A DNA stretch of 41,997 nucleotides from a virus (IMGVR_UViG_2698536372_000019:1-41997); one strand, 5' to 3'. Counted from the stretch's first letter, positions 31,589 to 41,997 are shown. Notes: generated by a model not told the origin, from the letters alone. Program-made: numbers and translations.

Positions 31589-31754
31589 CCACCCTGCCCC
31601 CAAAAGTGCGTTTATGTGCAGGATGCCAGAGTTTAGCAGTGAATATTTTGATGATCTGCCAGCGTATATCCTCGATACAGAAACGATGCTGATGGGGATT
31701 AATAGGAAGAATCGCAACGTTAATGATTACAACCGAGCTATTAGCGGTAACTAA
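31503..31754 (+). CDS. o-spanin (Rz1-like lipoprotein), 83 aa, overlapped with the i-spanin in the +1 frame
   Basis: lipobox LLTLSGC followed by a Pro-rich segment. Confidence 0.6.
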   Translation: MFASAFLLTLSGCSGSRSANLTPTPTKVNHPAPKSAFMCRMPEFSSEYFDDLPAYILDTETMLMGINRKNRNVNDYNRAISGN

Positions 31755-31765
31755 AAGGGATTTTT

Positions 31766-32158
31766 ATGTCTGATAAAGTAACAGTAAAGCAAACTATCAA
31801 CAAAGCGACTTCAATCTACAAAATTGAGCAAATCACTGTTGGCAAGCCAGTATCTGAACAATACCGTCGTGCTTTCGAGCTTGCCGATCAGCTTGGTTTA
31901 AAACACCCGGATTGCATTGAGCATGTATTTCCGACCTATGCTGATGAGCAATGTACTCATGTTCTTACCGAAGAGGATTTTTTCAGCACTGAAGAACGAG
32001 AAGGCGTTGATCGCTGCATTGGTGTGATTTGTTCTTCGGTAAGTGATGAGTTATTCCCTAATGTGCCTGAATATGGTGGTATTGGATACCAATTCCTGTA
32101 CGAGGGCGATGAGCTTAAATGCTATGAACATGGTCTTCTCATCGAAAGCGTAGAATAA
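31766..32158 (+). CDS. hypothetical protein (130 aa)
   Basis: ORF with terminator downstream. Confidence 0.5.
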   Translation: MSDKVTVKQTINKATSIYKIEQITVGKPVSEQYRRAFELADQLGLKHPDCIEHVFPTYADEQCTHVLTEEDFFSTEEREGVDRCIGVICSSVSDELFPNVPEYGGIGYQFLYEGDELKCYEHGLLIESVE

Positions 32159-32174
32159 TACGACTCCCTTCCAA

Positions 32175-32196
32175 CCGGCTACGTTGGCCGGTTTTT
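32175..32196 (+). terminator. CCGGC-TACGTTG-GCCGG + T5
   Basis: read directly. Confidence 0.6.
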
Positions 32197-32199
32197 CAC

Positions 32200-32420
32200 T
32201 TATCCACATTATCCACTGGATAGATCCAATAATCAGGTCCATACAGATCCCAATTAGATCCATATAGATCCCTGATCGTTGCAGGCCGCGCCACGTCTGG
32301 CTTAGAAGTGTATCGCGATGTGTGCTGGAGGGAAAACGATGTGTGCTGGAGGGATAAAAATGTGTGCTGACGGGTTGCTAATGTGTGCTGGCGGGATATA
32401 GGATGTGTGCTGACGGGAAA
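32200..32420. repeat. oriR: oriR: two DnaA boxes (TTATCCACA, TTATCCACT), GATC cluster, five direct 19-bp iterons GATGTGTGCTGGAGGGAAA
   Basis: iterons at 32316, 32337, 32358, 32379, 32401; five GATC sites at 32220-32280. Confidence 0.9.
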
Positions 32421-32476
32421 GCCTGGGTAGTTATCACCACTTATAAAAACTATCCACACAATTCGGAAAAAGTAAT

Positions 32477-33337
32477 ATGAATCAATCATTTATCTCCGAT
32501 ATTCTTTACGCAGACATTGAAAGTAAGGCAAAAGAACTAACAGTTAATTCAAACAACACTGTGCAGCCTGTAGCGTTGATGCGCTTGGGGGTATTCGTGC
32601 CGAAGCCATCAAAGAGCAAAGGAGAAAGTAAAGAGATTGATGCCACCAAAGCGTTTTCCCAGCTGGAGATAGCTAAAGCCGAGGGTTACGATGATATTAA
32701 AATCACCGGTCCTCGACTCGATATGGATACTGATTTCAAAACGTGGATCGGTGTCATCTACGCGTTCAGCAAATACGGCTTGTCCTCAAACACCATCCAG
32801 TTATCGTTTCAGGAATTCGCTAAAGCCTGTGGTTTCCCCTCAAAACGTCTGGATGCGAAACTGCGTTTAACCATTCATGAATCACTTGGACGCTTGCGTA
32901 ACAAGGGTATCGCTTTTAAGCGCGGAAAAGATGCTAAAGGCGGCTATCAGACTGGTCTGCTGAAGGTCGGGCGTTTTGATGCTGACCTTGATCTGATAGA
33001 GCTGGAGGCTGATTCGAAGTTGTGGGAGCTGTTCCAGCTTGATTATCGCGTTCTGTTGCAACACCACGCCTTGCGTGCCCTTCCGAAGAAAGAAGCTGCA
33101 CAAGCCATTTACACTTTCATCGAAAGCCTTCCGCAGAACCCGTTGCCGCTATCGTTCGCGCGAATCCGTGAGCGCCTGGCTTTGCAGTCAGCTGTTGGCG
33201 AGCAAAACCGTATCATTAAGAAAGCGATAGAACAGCTTAAAACAATCGGCTATCTCGACTGTTCTATTGAGAAGAAAGGCCGGGAAAGTTTTGTAATCGT
33301 CCATTCTCGCAATCCAAAGCTGAAACTCCCCGAATAA
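32477..33337 (+). CDS. repA: plasmid replication initiator RepA (286 aa)
   Basis: flanked by iteron arrays on both sides as in the P1 R replicon. Confidence 0.9.
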   Translation: MNQSFISDILYADIESKAKELTVNSNNTVQPVALMRLGVFVPKPSKSKGESKEIDATKAFSQLEIAKAEGYDDIKITGPRLDMDTDFKTWIGVIYAFSKYGLSSNTIQLSFQEFAKACGFPSKRLDAKLRLTIHESLGRLRNKGIAFKRGKDAKGGYQTGLLKVGRFDADLDLIELEADSKLWELFQLDYRVLLQHHALRALPKKEAAQAIYTFIESLPQNPLPLSFARIRERLALQSAVGEQNRIIKKAIEQLKTIGYLDCSIEKKGRESFVIVHSRNPKLKLPE

Positions 33338-33621
33338 GTGTGTGCTGGAGGGAAACCGCATTAAAAAGATGTGTGCTGCCGGGAAGGCTTGTCCAATTTC
33401 CTGTTTTTGATGTGCGCTGGAGGGGGACGCCCCTCAGTTTGCCCAGACTTTCCCTCCAGCACACATCTGTCCATCCGCTTTTCCCTCCAGTGCACATGTA
33501 ATTCTCTGCCTTTCCCTCCAGCACACATATTTGATACCAGCGATCCCTCCACAGCACATAATTCAATGCGACTTCCCTCTATCGCACATCTTAGACTTTT
33601 ATTCTCCCTCCAGCACACATC
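33336..33621. repeat. incA: incA: nine iterons (three direct, six inverted)
   Basis: ATGTGTGCTGGAGGGAA-type repeats in both orientations. Confidence 0.85.
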
Positions 33622-33894
33622 GAAGCTGCCGGGCAAGCCGTTCTCACCAGTTGATAGAGAGTGAAGCTTGGCTGCCCATTGAAGCAGGAAATCACCAAAA
33701 TGATTCAGGCTACAACCTGAACGTAGAAGAAATCCGCGTCCTTTATGCGTGGAGGATGCCAAAGCATGTTGTGACACACTTGGCAAAGGAGTAAGCATGC
33801 AGAGAATGCTATGTACAAGCATCTACGCATACATTATTATTTTATGCAGCATTTTTAATTAAATTCAAAAATACAGCATAAAGGATGACTTTCG

Positions 33895-35091
33895 ATGAGT
33901 GATTCCAGCCAGCTTCACAAGGTTGCTCAAAGAGCAAACAGAATGCTCAATGTTCTGACTGAACAAGTACAGTTGCAAAAGGATGAGCTACACGCGAACG
34001 AGTTTTACCAGGTCTATGCGAAAGCGGCACTGGCAAAATTGCCTCTACTGACTCGAGCGAACGTTGACTATGCCGTAAGTGAAATGGAAGAAAAGGGTTA
34101 TGTTTTCGATAAACGCCCTGCTGGCTCTTCAATGAAATATGCGATGTCAATTCAGAACATCATTGACATATATGAACATCGCGGAGTGCCAAAATACCGG
34201 GATCGCTACAGCGAAGCGTATGTGATTTTCATCTCCAATCTTAAAGGCGGTGTGTCAAAAACTGTATCGACGGTTTCTCTGGCGCATGCAATGCGTGCTC
34301 ACCCTCATCTTCTTATGGAAGATTTAAGGATTCTGGTTATTGACCTTGATCCGCAATCTTCAGCAACGATGTTTTTAAGCCATAAACACTCTATTGGTAT
34401 CGTAAACGCAACATCTGCACAGGCTATGTTGCAGAATGTAAGCCGTGAAGAGCTGTTAGAGGAGTTTATTGTTCCTTCTGTTGTACCTGGGGTTGACGTT
34501 ATGCCTGCGTCGATTGACGATGCCTTTATTGCATCCGATTGGAGAGAGCTGTGCAATGAGCATCTACCGGGTCAGAACATCCATGCTGTCCTGAAAGAAA
34601 ATGTGATTGATAAGCTGAAGAGCGATTATGACTTTATCCTCGTTGATAGTGGTCCTCACCTTGACGCCTTCCTGAAAAATGCTTTGGCCTCGGCCAATAT
34701 ACTGTTTACACCTCTGCCGCCAGCAACTGTCGATTTCCACTCATCGCTTAAATACGTTGCCCGCCTTCCTGAGTTGGTAAAACTCATTTCGGATGAAGGC
34801 TGCGAGTGCCAGCTTGCGACTAACATTGGTTTTATGTCCAAGTTGAGTAACAAGGCAGATCATAAGTATTGCCATAGCCTGGCTAAAGAAGTGTTCGGTG
34901 GGGATATGCTCGATGTCGTCCTCCCTCGCCTTGACGGTTTTGAACGTTGCGGCGAGTCTTTTGACACTGTTATTTCAGCTAACCCGGCAACGTATGTTGG
35001 TAGTGCTGATGCATTGAAGAACGCGCGAATTGCCGCGGAAGATTTTGCTAAAGCAGTTTTTGACCGTATTGAATTTATCAGATCTAACTGA
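33895..35091 (+). CDS. parA: partition ATPase ParA (398 aa)
   Basis: deviant Walker A KGGVSKT. Confidence 0.9.
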   Translation: MSDSSQLHKVAQRANRMLNVLTEQVQLQKDELHANEFYQVYAKAALAKLPLLTRANVDYAVSEMEEKGYVFDKRPAGSSMKYAMSIQNIIDIYEHRGVPKYRDRYSEAYVIFISNLKGGVSKTVSTVSLAHAMRAHPHLLMEDLRILVIDLDPQSSATMFLSHKHSIGIVNATSAQAMLQNVSREELLEEFIVPSVVPGVDVMPASIDDAFIASDWRELCNEHLPGQNIHAVLKENVIDKLKSDYDFILVDSGPHLDAFLKNALASANILFTPLPPATVDFHSSLKYVARLPELVKLISDEGCECQLATNIGFMSKLSNKADHKYCHSLAKEVFGGDMLDVVLPRLDGFERCGESFDTVISANPATYVGSADALKNARIAAEDFAKAVFDRIEFIRSN

Positions 35092-35107
35092 GGAGTAAGA
35101 ACCCCCC

Positions 35108-36109
35108 ATGTCAAAGAAAAACAGACCAACAATTGGGCGAACCCTTAATCCTTCAATATTAAGCGGATTTGATAGTTCTTCAGCCTCTGGCGATCGAGTC
35201 GAGCAGGTATTCAAGTTATCAACTGGTCGCCAGGCCACATTTATTGAAGAGGTAATACCTCCGAACCAGGTAGAAAGGGATACCTTTGTTGATCAGCATA
35301 ACAACGGGCGTGACCAGGCATCTCTTACGCCAAAATCATTAAAAAGTATCCGAAGCACTATTAAGCATCAGCAATTTTACCCTGCAATAGGTGTTAGACG
35401 GGCTACAGGGAAAATTGAAATTTTGGATGGTTCCCGGCGTCGAGCTTCTGCCATCTTAGAGAACGTAGGGTTGCGGGTTTTAGTCACGGACCAGGAGATC
35501 AGCGTTCAGGAAGCGCAAAATTTAGCGAAAGACGTTCAGACAGCATTGCAGCACAGCATTCGAGAAATAGGTCTGCGTTTGATGCGAATGAAAAATGATG
35601 GGATGAGTCAGAAGGATATTGCAGCCAAAGAAGGACTGTCTCAGGCGAAGGTCACGCGTGCTCTCCAGGCAGCGAGTGCTCCGGAAGAATTAGTCGCCCT
35701 TTTCCCTGTGCAGTCGGAATTAACCTTTTCGGACTACAAAACGCTTTGTGCTGTTGGCGACGAAATGGGGAACAAGAATTTAGAGTTTGATCAGCTTATT
35801 CAAAACATATCCCCGGAAATAAACGACATCTTATCCATTGAAGAAATGGCCGAAGATGAAGTTAAAAATAAAATCCTGCGCTTGATAACAAAGGAAGCCT
35901 CACTACTCACGGATAAAGGTTCTAAAGATAAGTCCGTAGTTACTGAATTATGGAAATTTGAGGACAAGGATCGCTTTGCAAGGAAGCGTGTGAAAGGCCG
36001 TGCATTTTCTTATGAGTTTAATCGACTTTCAAAAGAGCTACAGGAAGAACTCGACAGGATGATTGGGCATATCCTTAGAAAGAGCCTCGATAAAAAGCCG
36101 AAGCCTTAA
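35108..36109 (+). CDS. parB: partition protein ParB (333 aa)
   Basis: follows parA; parS immediately downstream. Confidence 0.9.
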   Translation: MSKKNRPTIGRTLNPSILSGFDSSSASGDRVEQVFKLSTGRQATFIEEVIPPNQVERDTFVDQHNNGRDQASLTPKSLKSIRSTIKHQQFYPAIGVRRATGKIEILDGSRRRASAILENVGLRVLVTDQEISVQEAQNLAKDVQTALQHSIREIGLRLMRMKNDGMSQKDIAAKEGLSQAKVTRALQAASAPEELVALFPVQSELTFSDYKTLCAVGDEMGNKNLEFDQLIQNISPEINDILSIEEMAEDEVKNKILRLITKEASLLTDKGSKDKSVVTELWKFEDKDRFARKRVKGRAFSYEFNRLSKELQEELDRMIGHILRKSLDKKPKP

Positions 36110-36111
36110 AC

Positions 36112-36200
36112 TTTCGCCATTCAAATTTCACTATTAACCTACTGTTTTTAAAGTAAATCCATCTAAAATTTCAAGGTGAAATCGCCACGATTTCACCTTG
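36112..36200. other. parS: parS centromere (ATTTCAC heptamer and TCGCCA hexamer boxes around an AT-rich IHF-like core)
   Basis: TCGCCATTCAAATTTCACTATTAAC ... GGTGAAATCGCCACGATTTCACC. Confidence 0.85.
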
Positions 36201-36263
36201 GATTTTACCTTCCGTCCCTACTCCCGAAAAAAATAATAAAATTGCTTGTCACGAGAAAGTCAA

Positions 36264-36283
36264 CAAGTGACTTTCAATAAAAT
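36264..36283 (+). promoter_or_regulatory. late-promoter-like element CAAGTGACT, 5 nt, TAAAAT
   Basis: upstream of the head/sheath operon. Confidence 0.5.
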
Positions 36284-36313
36284 CTCTTCCGAAAAGGGAT
36301 TCACACAAGTGCC

Positions 36314-38041
36314 TTGTGTTTAAGGAAGAGTAAATTGAGTAACTTACGCGAATACCAGAATCGTATTGCAGATATCGCAAAACGCTCTAAAGCTGTGCTT
36401 GGCTGGGCAAGCACTGCGCAGTTCGGTACTGATAACCAATTCATTAAAGATGATGCCGCGCGTGCCGCATCTATCCTTGAAGCTGCACGTAAAGACCCGG
36501 TTTTTGCGGGTATCTCTGATAATGCCACCGCTCAAATCGCTACAGCGTGGGCAAGTGCACTGGCTGACTACGCCGCAGCACATAAATCTATGCCGCGTCC
36601 GGAAATTCTGGCCTCCTGCCACCAGACGCTGGAAAACTGCCTGATAGAGTCCACCCGCAATAGCATGGATGCCACTAATAAAGCGATGCTGGAATCCGTC
36701 GCAGCAGAGATGATGAGCGTTTCTGACGGTGTTATGCGTCTGCCTTTATTCCTCGCGATGATCCTGCCTGTTCAGTTGGGGGCAGCTACCGCTGATGCGT
36801 GTACCTTCATTCCGGTTACGCGTGACCAGTCCGACATCTATGAAGTCTTTAACGTGGCAGGTTCCTCTTTTGGTTCTTATGCTGCTGGTGATGTTCTGGA
36901 CATGCAATCCGTTGGTGTGTACAGCCAGTTACGTCGCCGCTATGTGCTGGTGGCAAGCTCCGATGGCACCAGCAAAACCGCAACCTTCAAGATGGAAGAC
37001 TTCGAAGGCCAGAATGTACCAATCCGAAAAGGTCGCACTAACATCTACGTTAACCGTATTAAGTCTGTTGTTGATAACGGTTCCGGCAGCCTACTTCACT
37101 CGTTTACTAATGCTGCTGGTGAGCAAATCACTGTTACCTGCTCTCTGAACTACAACATTGGTCAGATTGCCCTGTCGTTCTCCAAAGCGCCGGATAAAGG
37201 CACTGAGATCGCAATTGAGACGGAAATCAATATTGAAGCCGCACCTGAGCTGATCCCGCTGATCAACCACGAAATGAAGAAATACACCCTGTTCCCAAGT
37301 CAGTTCGTTATCGCGGCTGAGCACACGGTACAGGCGGCGTATGAAGCACAGCGTGAATTTGGTCTGGACCTGGGTTCCCTACAGTTCCGCACCCTGAAGG
37401 AATACCTGTCTCATGAACAGGATATGCTGCGTCTTCGCATCATGATCTGGCGTACTCTTGCGACCGACACCTTTGACATCGCTCTGCCGGTTAACCAGTC
37501 CTTTAATGTATGGGCAACCATCATTCGTGGCAAATTCCAGACTGTATATCGCGACATTATTGAGCGCGTTAAATCTTCTGGTGCGATGGGGATGTTTGCT
37601 GGTGCTGATGCAGCATCTTTCTTCAAACAGTTGCCGAAGGATTTCTTCCAGCCAGCCGAAGACTATATCCAGACTCCGTATGTTCACTACATCGGTACCC
37701 TGTTCGGTAACGTGAAAGTGTACGAAGTACCTGCTGGTATTTGTAAGAACTTAACGACAGAGAACATTCAGTTCAGCTCGATGGATGTGCTGTGCTACGT
37801 CCGTGATGAAAATCCGGGTAAAGCAGGCTTCGTGACTGGTGATGCTGTCCCGGCTATCCCGTTCCAGCATCCGACCACTCCGGCGCTGGTCAACCGTACC
37901 ACACTGTGGGGTTCGGCTATCAACGATATGCACCCACGCAACGGCGCTGATTACTTCACTCGTGTAACGCTGACAATGGCCAAAAAAGGCGGGCTTAACT
38001 TCATAAGCGGCGACACGATTGATGCCGGTGACTCTGAGTAA
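36314..38041 (+). CDS. putative major head protein (P1 gp23 position), about 568-575 aa
   Basis: first late gene after parS; start may be TTG 36335 after AAGGAAGAG; identity is positional. Confidence 0.45.
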   Translation: MCLRKSKLSNLREYQNRIADIAKRSKAVLGWASTAQFGTDNQFIKDDAARAASILEAARKDPVFAGISDNATAQIATAWASALADYAAAHKSMPRPEILASCHQTLENCLIESTRNSMDATNKAMLESVAAEMMSVSDGVMRLPLFLAMILPVQLGAATADACTFIPVTRDQSDIYEVFNVAGSSFGSYAAGDVLDMQSVGVYSQLRRRYVLVASSDGTSKTATFKMEDFEGQNVPIRKGRTNIYVNRIKSVVDNGSGSLLHSFTNAAGEQITVTCSLNYNIGQIALSFSKAPDKGTEIAIETEINIEAAPELIPLINHEMKKYTLFPSQFVIAAEHTVQAAYEAQREFGLDLGSLQFRTLKEYLSHEQDMLRLRIMIWRTLATDTFDIALPVNQSFNVWATIIRGKFQTVYRDIIERVKSSGAMGMFAGADAASFFKQLPKDFFQPAEDYIQTPYVHYIGTLFGNVKVYEVPAGICKNLTTENIQFSSMDVLCYVRDENPGKAGFVTGDAVPAIPFQHPTTPALVNRTTLWGSAINDMHPRNGADYFTRVTLTMAKKGGLNFISGDTIDAGDSE

Positions 38042-38101
38042 TCAGGGGAAGTTCTCCGTTTAACATAGCGCCCCCGTGCGGGGCGCATAACAGGGAAAGT
38101 T

Positions 38102-39691
38102 ATGTCTCAATATTCAATTCAACAGTCATTAGGTAATGCATCCGGCGTCGCGGTTAGCCCGATCAATGCCGATGCGACGTTATCTACCGGTGTTGCATTA
38201 AATAGCAGCTTGTGGGCTGGTATTGGCGTATTTGCGCGTGGCAAGCCGTTTACTGTTCTTGCGGTTACTGAGTCCAATTACAAAGATGTTCTCGGCGAAC
38301 CGCTGAAGCCGTCTTCCGGCTCACAGTTCGAACCAATTCGCCATGTATACGAAGCTATTCAGCAAACGTCAGGTTATGTTGTTCGTGCTGTTCCGGATGA
38401 TGCGAAGTTCCCGATTATTATGTTCGATGAATCAGGCGAACCGGCTTACAGTGCGTTGCCATACGGTTCTGAAATTGAACTTGATAGTGGCGAAGCCTTT
38501 GCTATCTACGTTGATGATGGTGATCCGTGTATTTCACCTACCCGTGAGTTAACCATCGAAACGGCAACAGCGGACAGCGCGGGTAATGAACGCTTCCTCT
38601 TAAAACTGACCCAGACGACTTCGCTCGGCGTGGTAACGACCCTGGAGACACACACTGTGTCTTTGGCGGAAGAAGCGAAAGATGACATGGGCCGCTTGTG
38701 TTATCTGCCTACGGCTCTGGAAGCCCGTTCTAAATATCTGCGCGCGGTTGTTAATGAAGAGCTGATTTCGACAGCGAAAGTAACAAACAAAAAATCGTTG
38801 GCGTTCACTGGCGGTACCAACGGCGATCAGTCGAAAATCTCAACCGCTACGTACCTGCGTGCGGTGAAAGTTCTGAACAATGCGCCGTACATGTACACCG
38901 CTGTTCTTGGCCTGGGCTGCTATGACAATGCGGCTATCACCGCATTAGGTAAAATCTGCGCAGATCGCCTGATTGATGGATTCTTTGATGTCAAACCGAC
39001 ATTAACGTACGCAGAAGCACTACCAGCTGTTGAGGATACCGGTTTACTTGGTACCGATTATGTAAGCTGTTCTGTCTATCACTACCCGTTCTCCTGCAAA
39101 GACAAATGGACCCAATCCCGTGTGGTCTTTGGTCTGTCTGGCGTGGCGTATGCGGCGAAAGCTCGTGGCGTCAAGAAAAACTCTGATGTCGGCGGTTGGC
39201 ATTACTCACCGGCTGGTGAAGAACGTGCCGTCATTGCTCGTGCGTCAATTCAACCGCTGTATCCGGAAGATACCCCGGACGAAGAAGCAATGGTCAAGGG
39301 CCGTCTCAATAAAGTATCTGTTGGCACCTCTGGCCAGATGATCATCGACGATGCTTTAACTTGCTGCACGCAGGATAACTATCTGCACTTCCAGCACGTC
39401 CCATCCCTGATGAATGCAATCAGCCGTTTCTTTGTCCAGTTAGCCCGACAGATGAAGCATAGCCCGGACGGTATTACTGCGGCTGGCCTGACTAAAGGGA
39501 TGACCAAACTTTTAGATCGCTTTGTCGCCTCCGGCGCTCTGGTGGCTCCTCGTGATCCTGATGCTGACGGTACAGAACCGTATGTGCTGAAAGTTACGCA
39601 GGCGGAATTCGATAAATGGGAAGTAGTCTGGGCCTGCTGCCCGACTGGCGTAGCCCGTCGTATCCAGGGCGTACCGCTGCTTATTAAGTAA
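38102..39691 (+). CDS. putative tail sheath protein (529 aa)
   Basis: size and N-terminal pattern typical of contractile-tail sheath proteins. Confidence 0.5.
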   Translation: MSQYSIQQSLGNASGVAVSPINADATLSTGVALNSSLWAGIGVFARGKPFTVLAVTESNYKDVLGEPLKPSSGSQFEPIRHVYEAIQQTSGYVVRAVPDDAKFPIIMFDESGEPAYSALPYGSEIELDSGEAFAIYVDDGDPCISPTRELTIETATADSAGNERFLLKLTQTTSLGVVTTLETHTVSLAEEAKDDMGRLCYLPTALEARSKYLRAVVNEELISTAKVTNKKSLAFTGGTNGDQSKISTATYLRAVKVLNNAPYMYTAVLGLGCYDNAAITALGKICADRLIDGFFDVKPTLTYAEALPAVEDTGLLGTDYVSCSVYHYPFSCKDKWTQSRVVFGLSGVAYAAKARGVKKNSDVGGWHYSPAGEERAVIARASIQPLYPEDTPDEEAMVKGRLNKVSVGTSGQMIIDDALTCCTQDNYLHFQHVPSLMNAISRFFVQLARQMKHSPDGITAAGLTKGMTKLLDRFVASGALVAPRDPDADGTEPYVLKVTQAEFDKWEVVWACCPTGVARRIQGVPLLIK

Positions 39692-39700
39692 GGGAATACA

Positions 39701-40516
39701 ATGAGCAAAAACTTTTTTCAATCCGGGGCATTTTTGGGGAATGGACTGTCTCGTTTCGCTTTGAACTCTGATCCTGTGCAGCTGATGGAGTCTGCCCGAG
39801 CAAGCGCCGAACAGCCAACAGATCCGGTTATTAATAATAATCCGGAACCGGCGGCACAGACTAACGATAACGTTCCATCTGCCCCGGCTCCTGAGCAAAT
39901 CCTGGAAGGGAAAGACGGTAAAGAATGGACCGTCGAACAGGCGCACCAGATGATTCTGGAAGCTGCAAATAGAAGTGCTATGCAGAATGCGTTGAGTGAT
40001 GCGGCCGACGCCGTTTTCGCCTGGGCTGATAGCGGTGATCTGACTTTCGACTCCCTTGATGGTTTCGTTCAGGCTATCGCTGGTATCTCTGATGACGACG
40101 ACTCCGAAGTTACAGAAGAACAGGACGATGCCTATAACGAAGCATGGGCAAATGTTGCTGACTTCCTCGCAGCATGCGGTGTAGATGATGACCTGATCGA
40201 AGCACTGGCTGACGATGAAGACGACGACGCAGCTGCTGATGTTGGTGCCTCTATCGCTGGTTTAGATAGCGACGACCGTGACGAACTGGAAGCGGCGTTT
40301 GTTGTTGCTGGCACTTCTGATGAAATGCTGACTGAAGCATTTAAGAAGGTTGTTCGTAACGGTGAGATCAAACTCATCCGTAAACGCCTGCGTAAAAAAC
40401 GTCTGACTGCGGCTCAAAAATCGGCGCTGAAAAAAGCGCGTCGAAAAGCCCAGACGGGTGCGGCAAAACTTGCCCGCAAAAAGTCAATGAAACTGCGCCG
40501 TAAGCGCCTTGGCTAA
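39701..40516 (+). CDS. acidic protein with strongly basic C-terminal tail (271 aa)
   Basis: Asp/Glu-rich body; ...KLIRKRLRKKRLTAAQKSALKKARRKAQ... tail. Confidence 0.5.
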   Translation: MSKNFFQSGAFLGNGLSRFALNSDPVQLMESARASAEQPTDPVINNNPEPAAQTNDNVPSAPAPEQILEGKDGKEWTVEQAHQMILEAANRSAMQNALSDAADAVFAWADSGDLTFDSLDGFVQAIAGISDDDDSEVTEEQDDAYNEAWANVADFLAACGVDDDLIEALADDEDDDAAADVGASIAGLDSDDRDELEAAFVVAGTSDEMLTEAFKKVVRNGEIKLIRKRLRKKRLTAAQKSALKKARRKAQTGAAKLARKKSMKLRRKRLG

Positions 40517-40551
40517 AGGAGGAGGCCGGGGAACTCCGGCCTTTAACTTGA

Positions 40552-41133
40552 ATGGCTCCTATAGCTTATGGGGTTTACAGCCAGGCTGACGGTGTATCGC
40601 CATATCTGAAAGTTACTTTAACGAACTCTCAGTACCAGGTTACCGGATATATCAGCCAGGGAGCGGCAATGAACATGGCCCAGAATTGGGAAGCGCCGTT
40701 TACCGGTATGTCCATGGGATCTGTTTCTGGTGCTCTGGGTGGTTTTGTGCAAGTAGGTACTGAAACAACGTCGGTTGCCCGTTGGAATAGCTTAATGGTT
40801 TGGGAAGGGGGGACTCCGCCGACGTTCACGCTGCCTGTAACTTTCATTGCTTTGAACAATCCATTCATTGAAGTTTCAGGCGCTATCGCCGCGTTGACAG
40901 CCATGATTAGCCCGGAACTAAAAGCGGCCAATGTTGGTGGTCGAATCCCGGAGCGCGTGACGCTAAACATTGGTCGCCGGATCAACATCACCGATGTCGC
41001 CATCCAGGACTTAAGTTTTGATCTCGATGCGCCAAGGGACAGTAATGGATATTTCCTGAAAAACACCGTCAACCTCCAGTTGACCGGTTCTTCGATATAT
41101 AACAGCTCCGATATTGTTCGGGCGTTCCAGTAA
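40552..41133 (+). CDS. putative tail tube/structural protein (193 aa)
   Basis: ORF in the late structural operon. Confidence 0.4.
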   Translation: MAPIAYGVYSQADGVSPYLKVTLTNSQYQVTGYISQGAAMNMAQNWEAPFTGMSMGSVSGALGGFVQVGTETTSVARWNSLMVWEGGTPPTFTLPVTFIALNNPFIEVSGAIAALTAMISPELKAANVGGRIPERVTLNIGRRINITDVAIQDLSFDLDAPRDSNGYFLKNTVNLQLTGSSIYNSSDIVRAFQ

Positions 41134-41144
41134 AAGGATTTTAT

Positions 41145-41654
41145 ATGGGGCACAATAACACTAAGGGAAACCGTAAATTTATTAAGGGCCGCTATACTGC
41201 CAACGCGGCCAAAGGCGAACGACTGGTATCTTCTGAATTCCAGCTCACTGTTGCAGGCCATGAAGATATCAGCGTACTGGTTCGCACGTCGCAAATTCCT
41301 GAAATGACCCGCGAGGATGTGGAGGACTATGGTCCGAATGGTGTGAAGTTCAACCAGCACGGACCAATTCGAAACTCTGGGGAAATCCAGGTCCAGTGCG
41401 TGGAGACTATCGAAGGCGATATTCTTCAGTTCATCAAGGATCGCATTGCGGCGAAGGACTATGTTGATATCACGATGGCTGCTACCCCTGAATCCAAATC
41501 TTCCGGGGTTAACGCTGTGACAAAAGCTGCTACAACAATTGAAATGTTGGACTGCAAAATCTACAGTGATGCAATCGACTTTAGTACCGAAGATGTGACT
41601 GCCGCTGTGCGCCCGTCACTTCGTATCGTTTACAACTGGATTGAGTGGGATTAA
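41145..41654 (+). CDS. hypothetical structural protein (169 aa)
   Basis: ORF in the late structural operon. Confidence 0.4.
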   Translation: MGHNNTKGNRKFIKGRYTANAAKGERLVSSEFQLTVAGHEDISVLVRTSQIPEMTREDVEDYGPNGVKFNQHGPIRNSGEIQVQCVETIEGDILQFIKDRIAAKDYVDITMAATPESKSSGVNAVTKAATTIEMLDCKIYSDAIDFSTEDVTAAVRPSLRIVYNWIEWD

Positions 41655-41675
41655 GAGTCACCCCTTGTATTTTAA

Positions 41676-41696
41676 AGCTCCTACGGGAGCTTTTTT
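41676..41696 (+). terminator. AGCTCC-TACG-GGAGCT + T6
   Basis: read directly. Confidence 0.7.
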
Positions 41697-41737
41697 GTGC
41701 TTAAATTATGCCGGTATAGCGAAATTTTGAGCATATT

Positions 41738-41938
41738 ATGGAAATTGATTTTTCATACTCTCCTGAAACGATAGAACGAAGATTCGAAATAATTGGATGC
41801 AAAACTATTTCAGAGGAGCATTATTGGATTCTCTATGATGCCAATACATGGTTATGTGCCTTAGCAGAATGTCGGCCATCGTTATGTGCAGGGGAGGGAG
41901 GACTTCGACATAAGGTGCTGGCTACACTTGATCGATAG
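41738..41938 (+). CDS. small hypothetical ORF (66 aa)
   Basis: ORF only. Confidence 0.2.
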   Translation: MEIDFSYSPETIERRFEIIGCKTISEEHYWILYDANTWLCALAECRPSLCAGEGGLRHKVLATLDR

Positions 41939-41997
41939 GAATTTAAATCCCAAAAAGATTAAAAAAACACCCAAAAACGGATGTTTATTCAACACTG

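Noticed and set aside
32316-33621. Short direct repeats that could be mistaken for a CRISPR array
   Set aside because: 19-bp iterons of oriR and incA flanking repA, with no spacers of uniform length and no cas genes.

Overview
This window is a scaffolded segment (five N-runs) of a P1-like phage-plasmid from an enterobacterial host. Read directly from the sequence: terminase genes pacB/pacA with the hexanucleotide pac site inside pacA, lpa, the phd-doc addiction module, humD with a LexA box, nine C1-operator-like sites (ATTGCTCTAATAAATTT type) but no c1 gene, four late-promoter-like motifs, portal and protease-like genes, ban helicase plus a glycosyltransferase, four tRNAs, plp/upl, hrdC (rdgC-like), an overlapped spanin pair, the plasmid replicon oriR-repA-incA with parA-parB-parS, and head/sheath genes. 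Most notable: (1) the bifunctional C5/N6 DNA methyltransferase (Dmt-like) is interrupted by a 341-aa LAGLIDADG intein placed exactly at the catalytic Cys of the PCQ motif; (2) the immI-type locus (c4 antisense RNA, icd, ant) occurs in three variants whose c4 and icd-leader sequences co-vary; (3) ant copies with swapped middle domains abut four of the five N-runs, so the apparent tandem array is probably alternative haplotypes joined by the assembler. All protein calls are from motif recognition and recalled P1 biology; no database search was possible.
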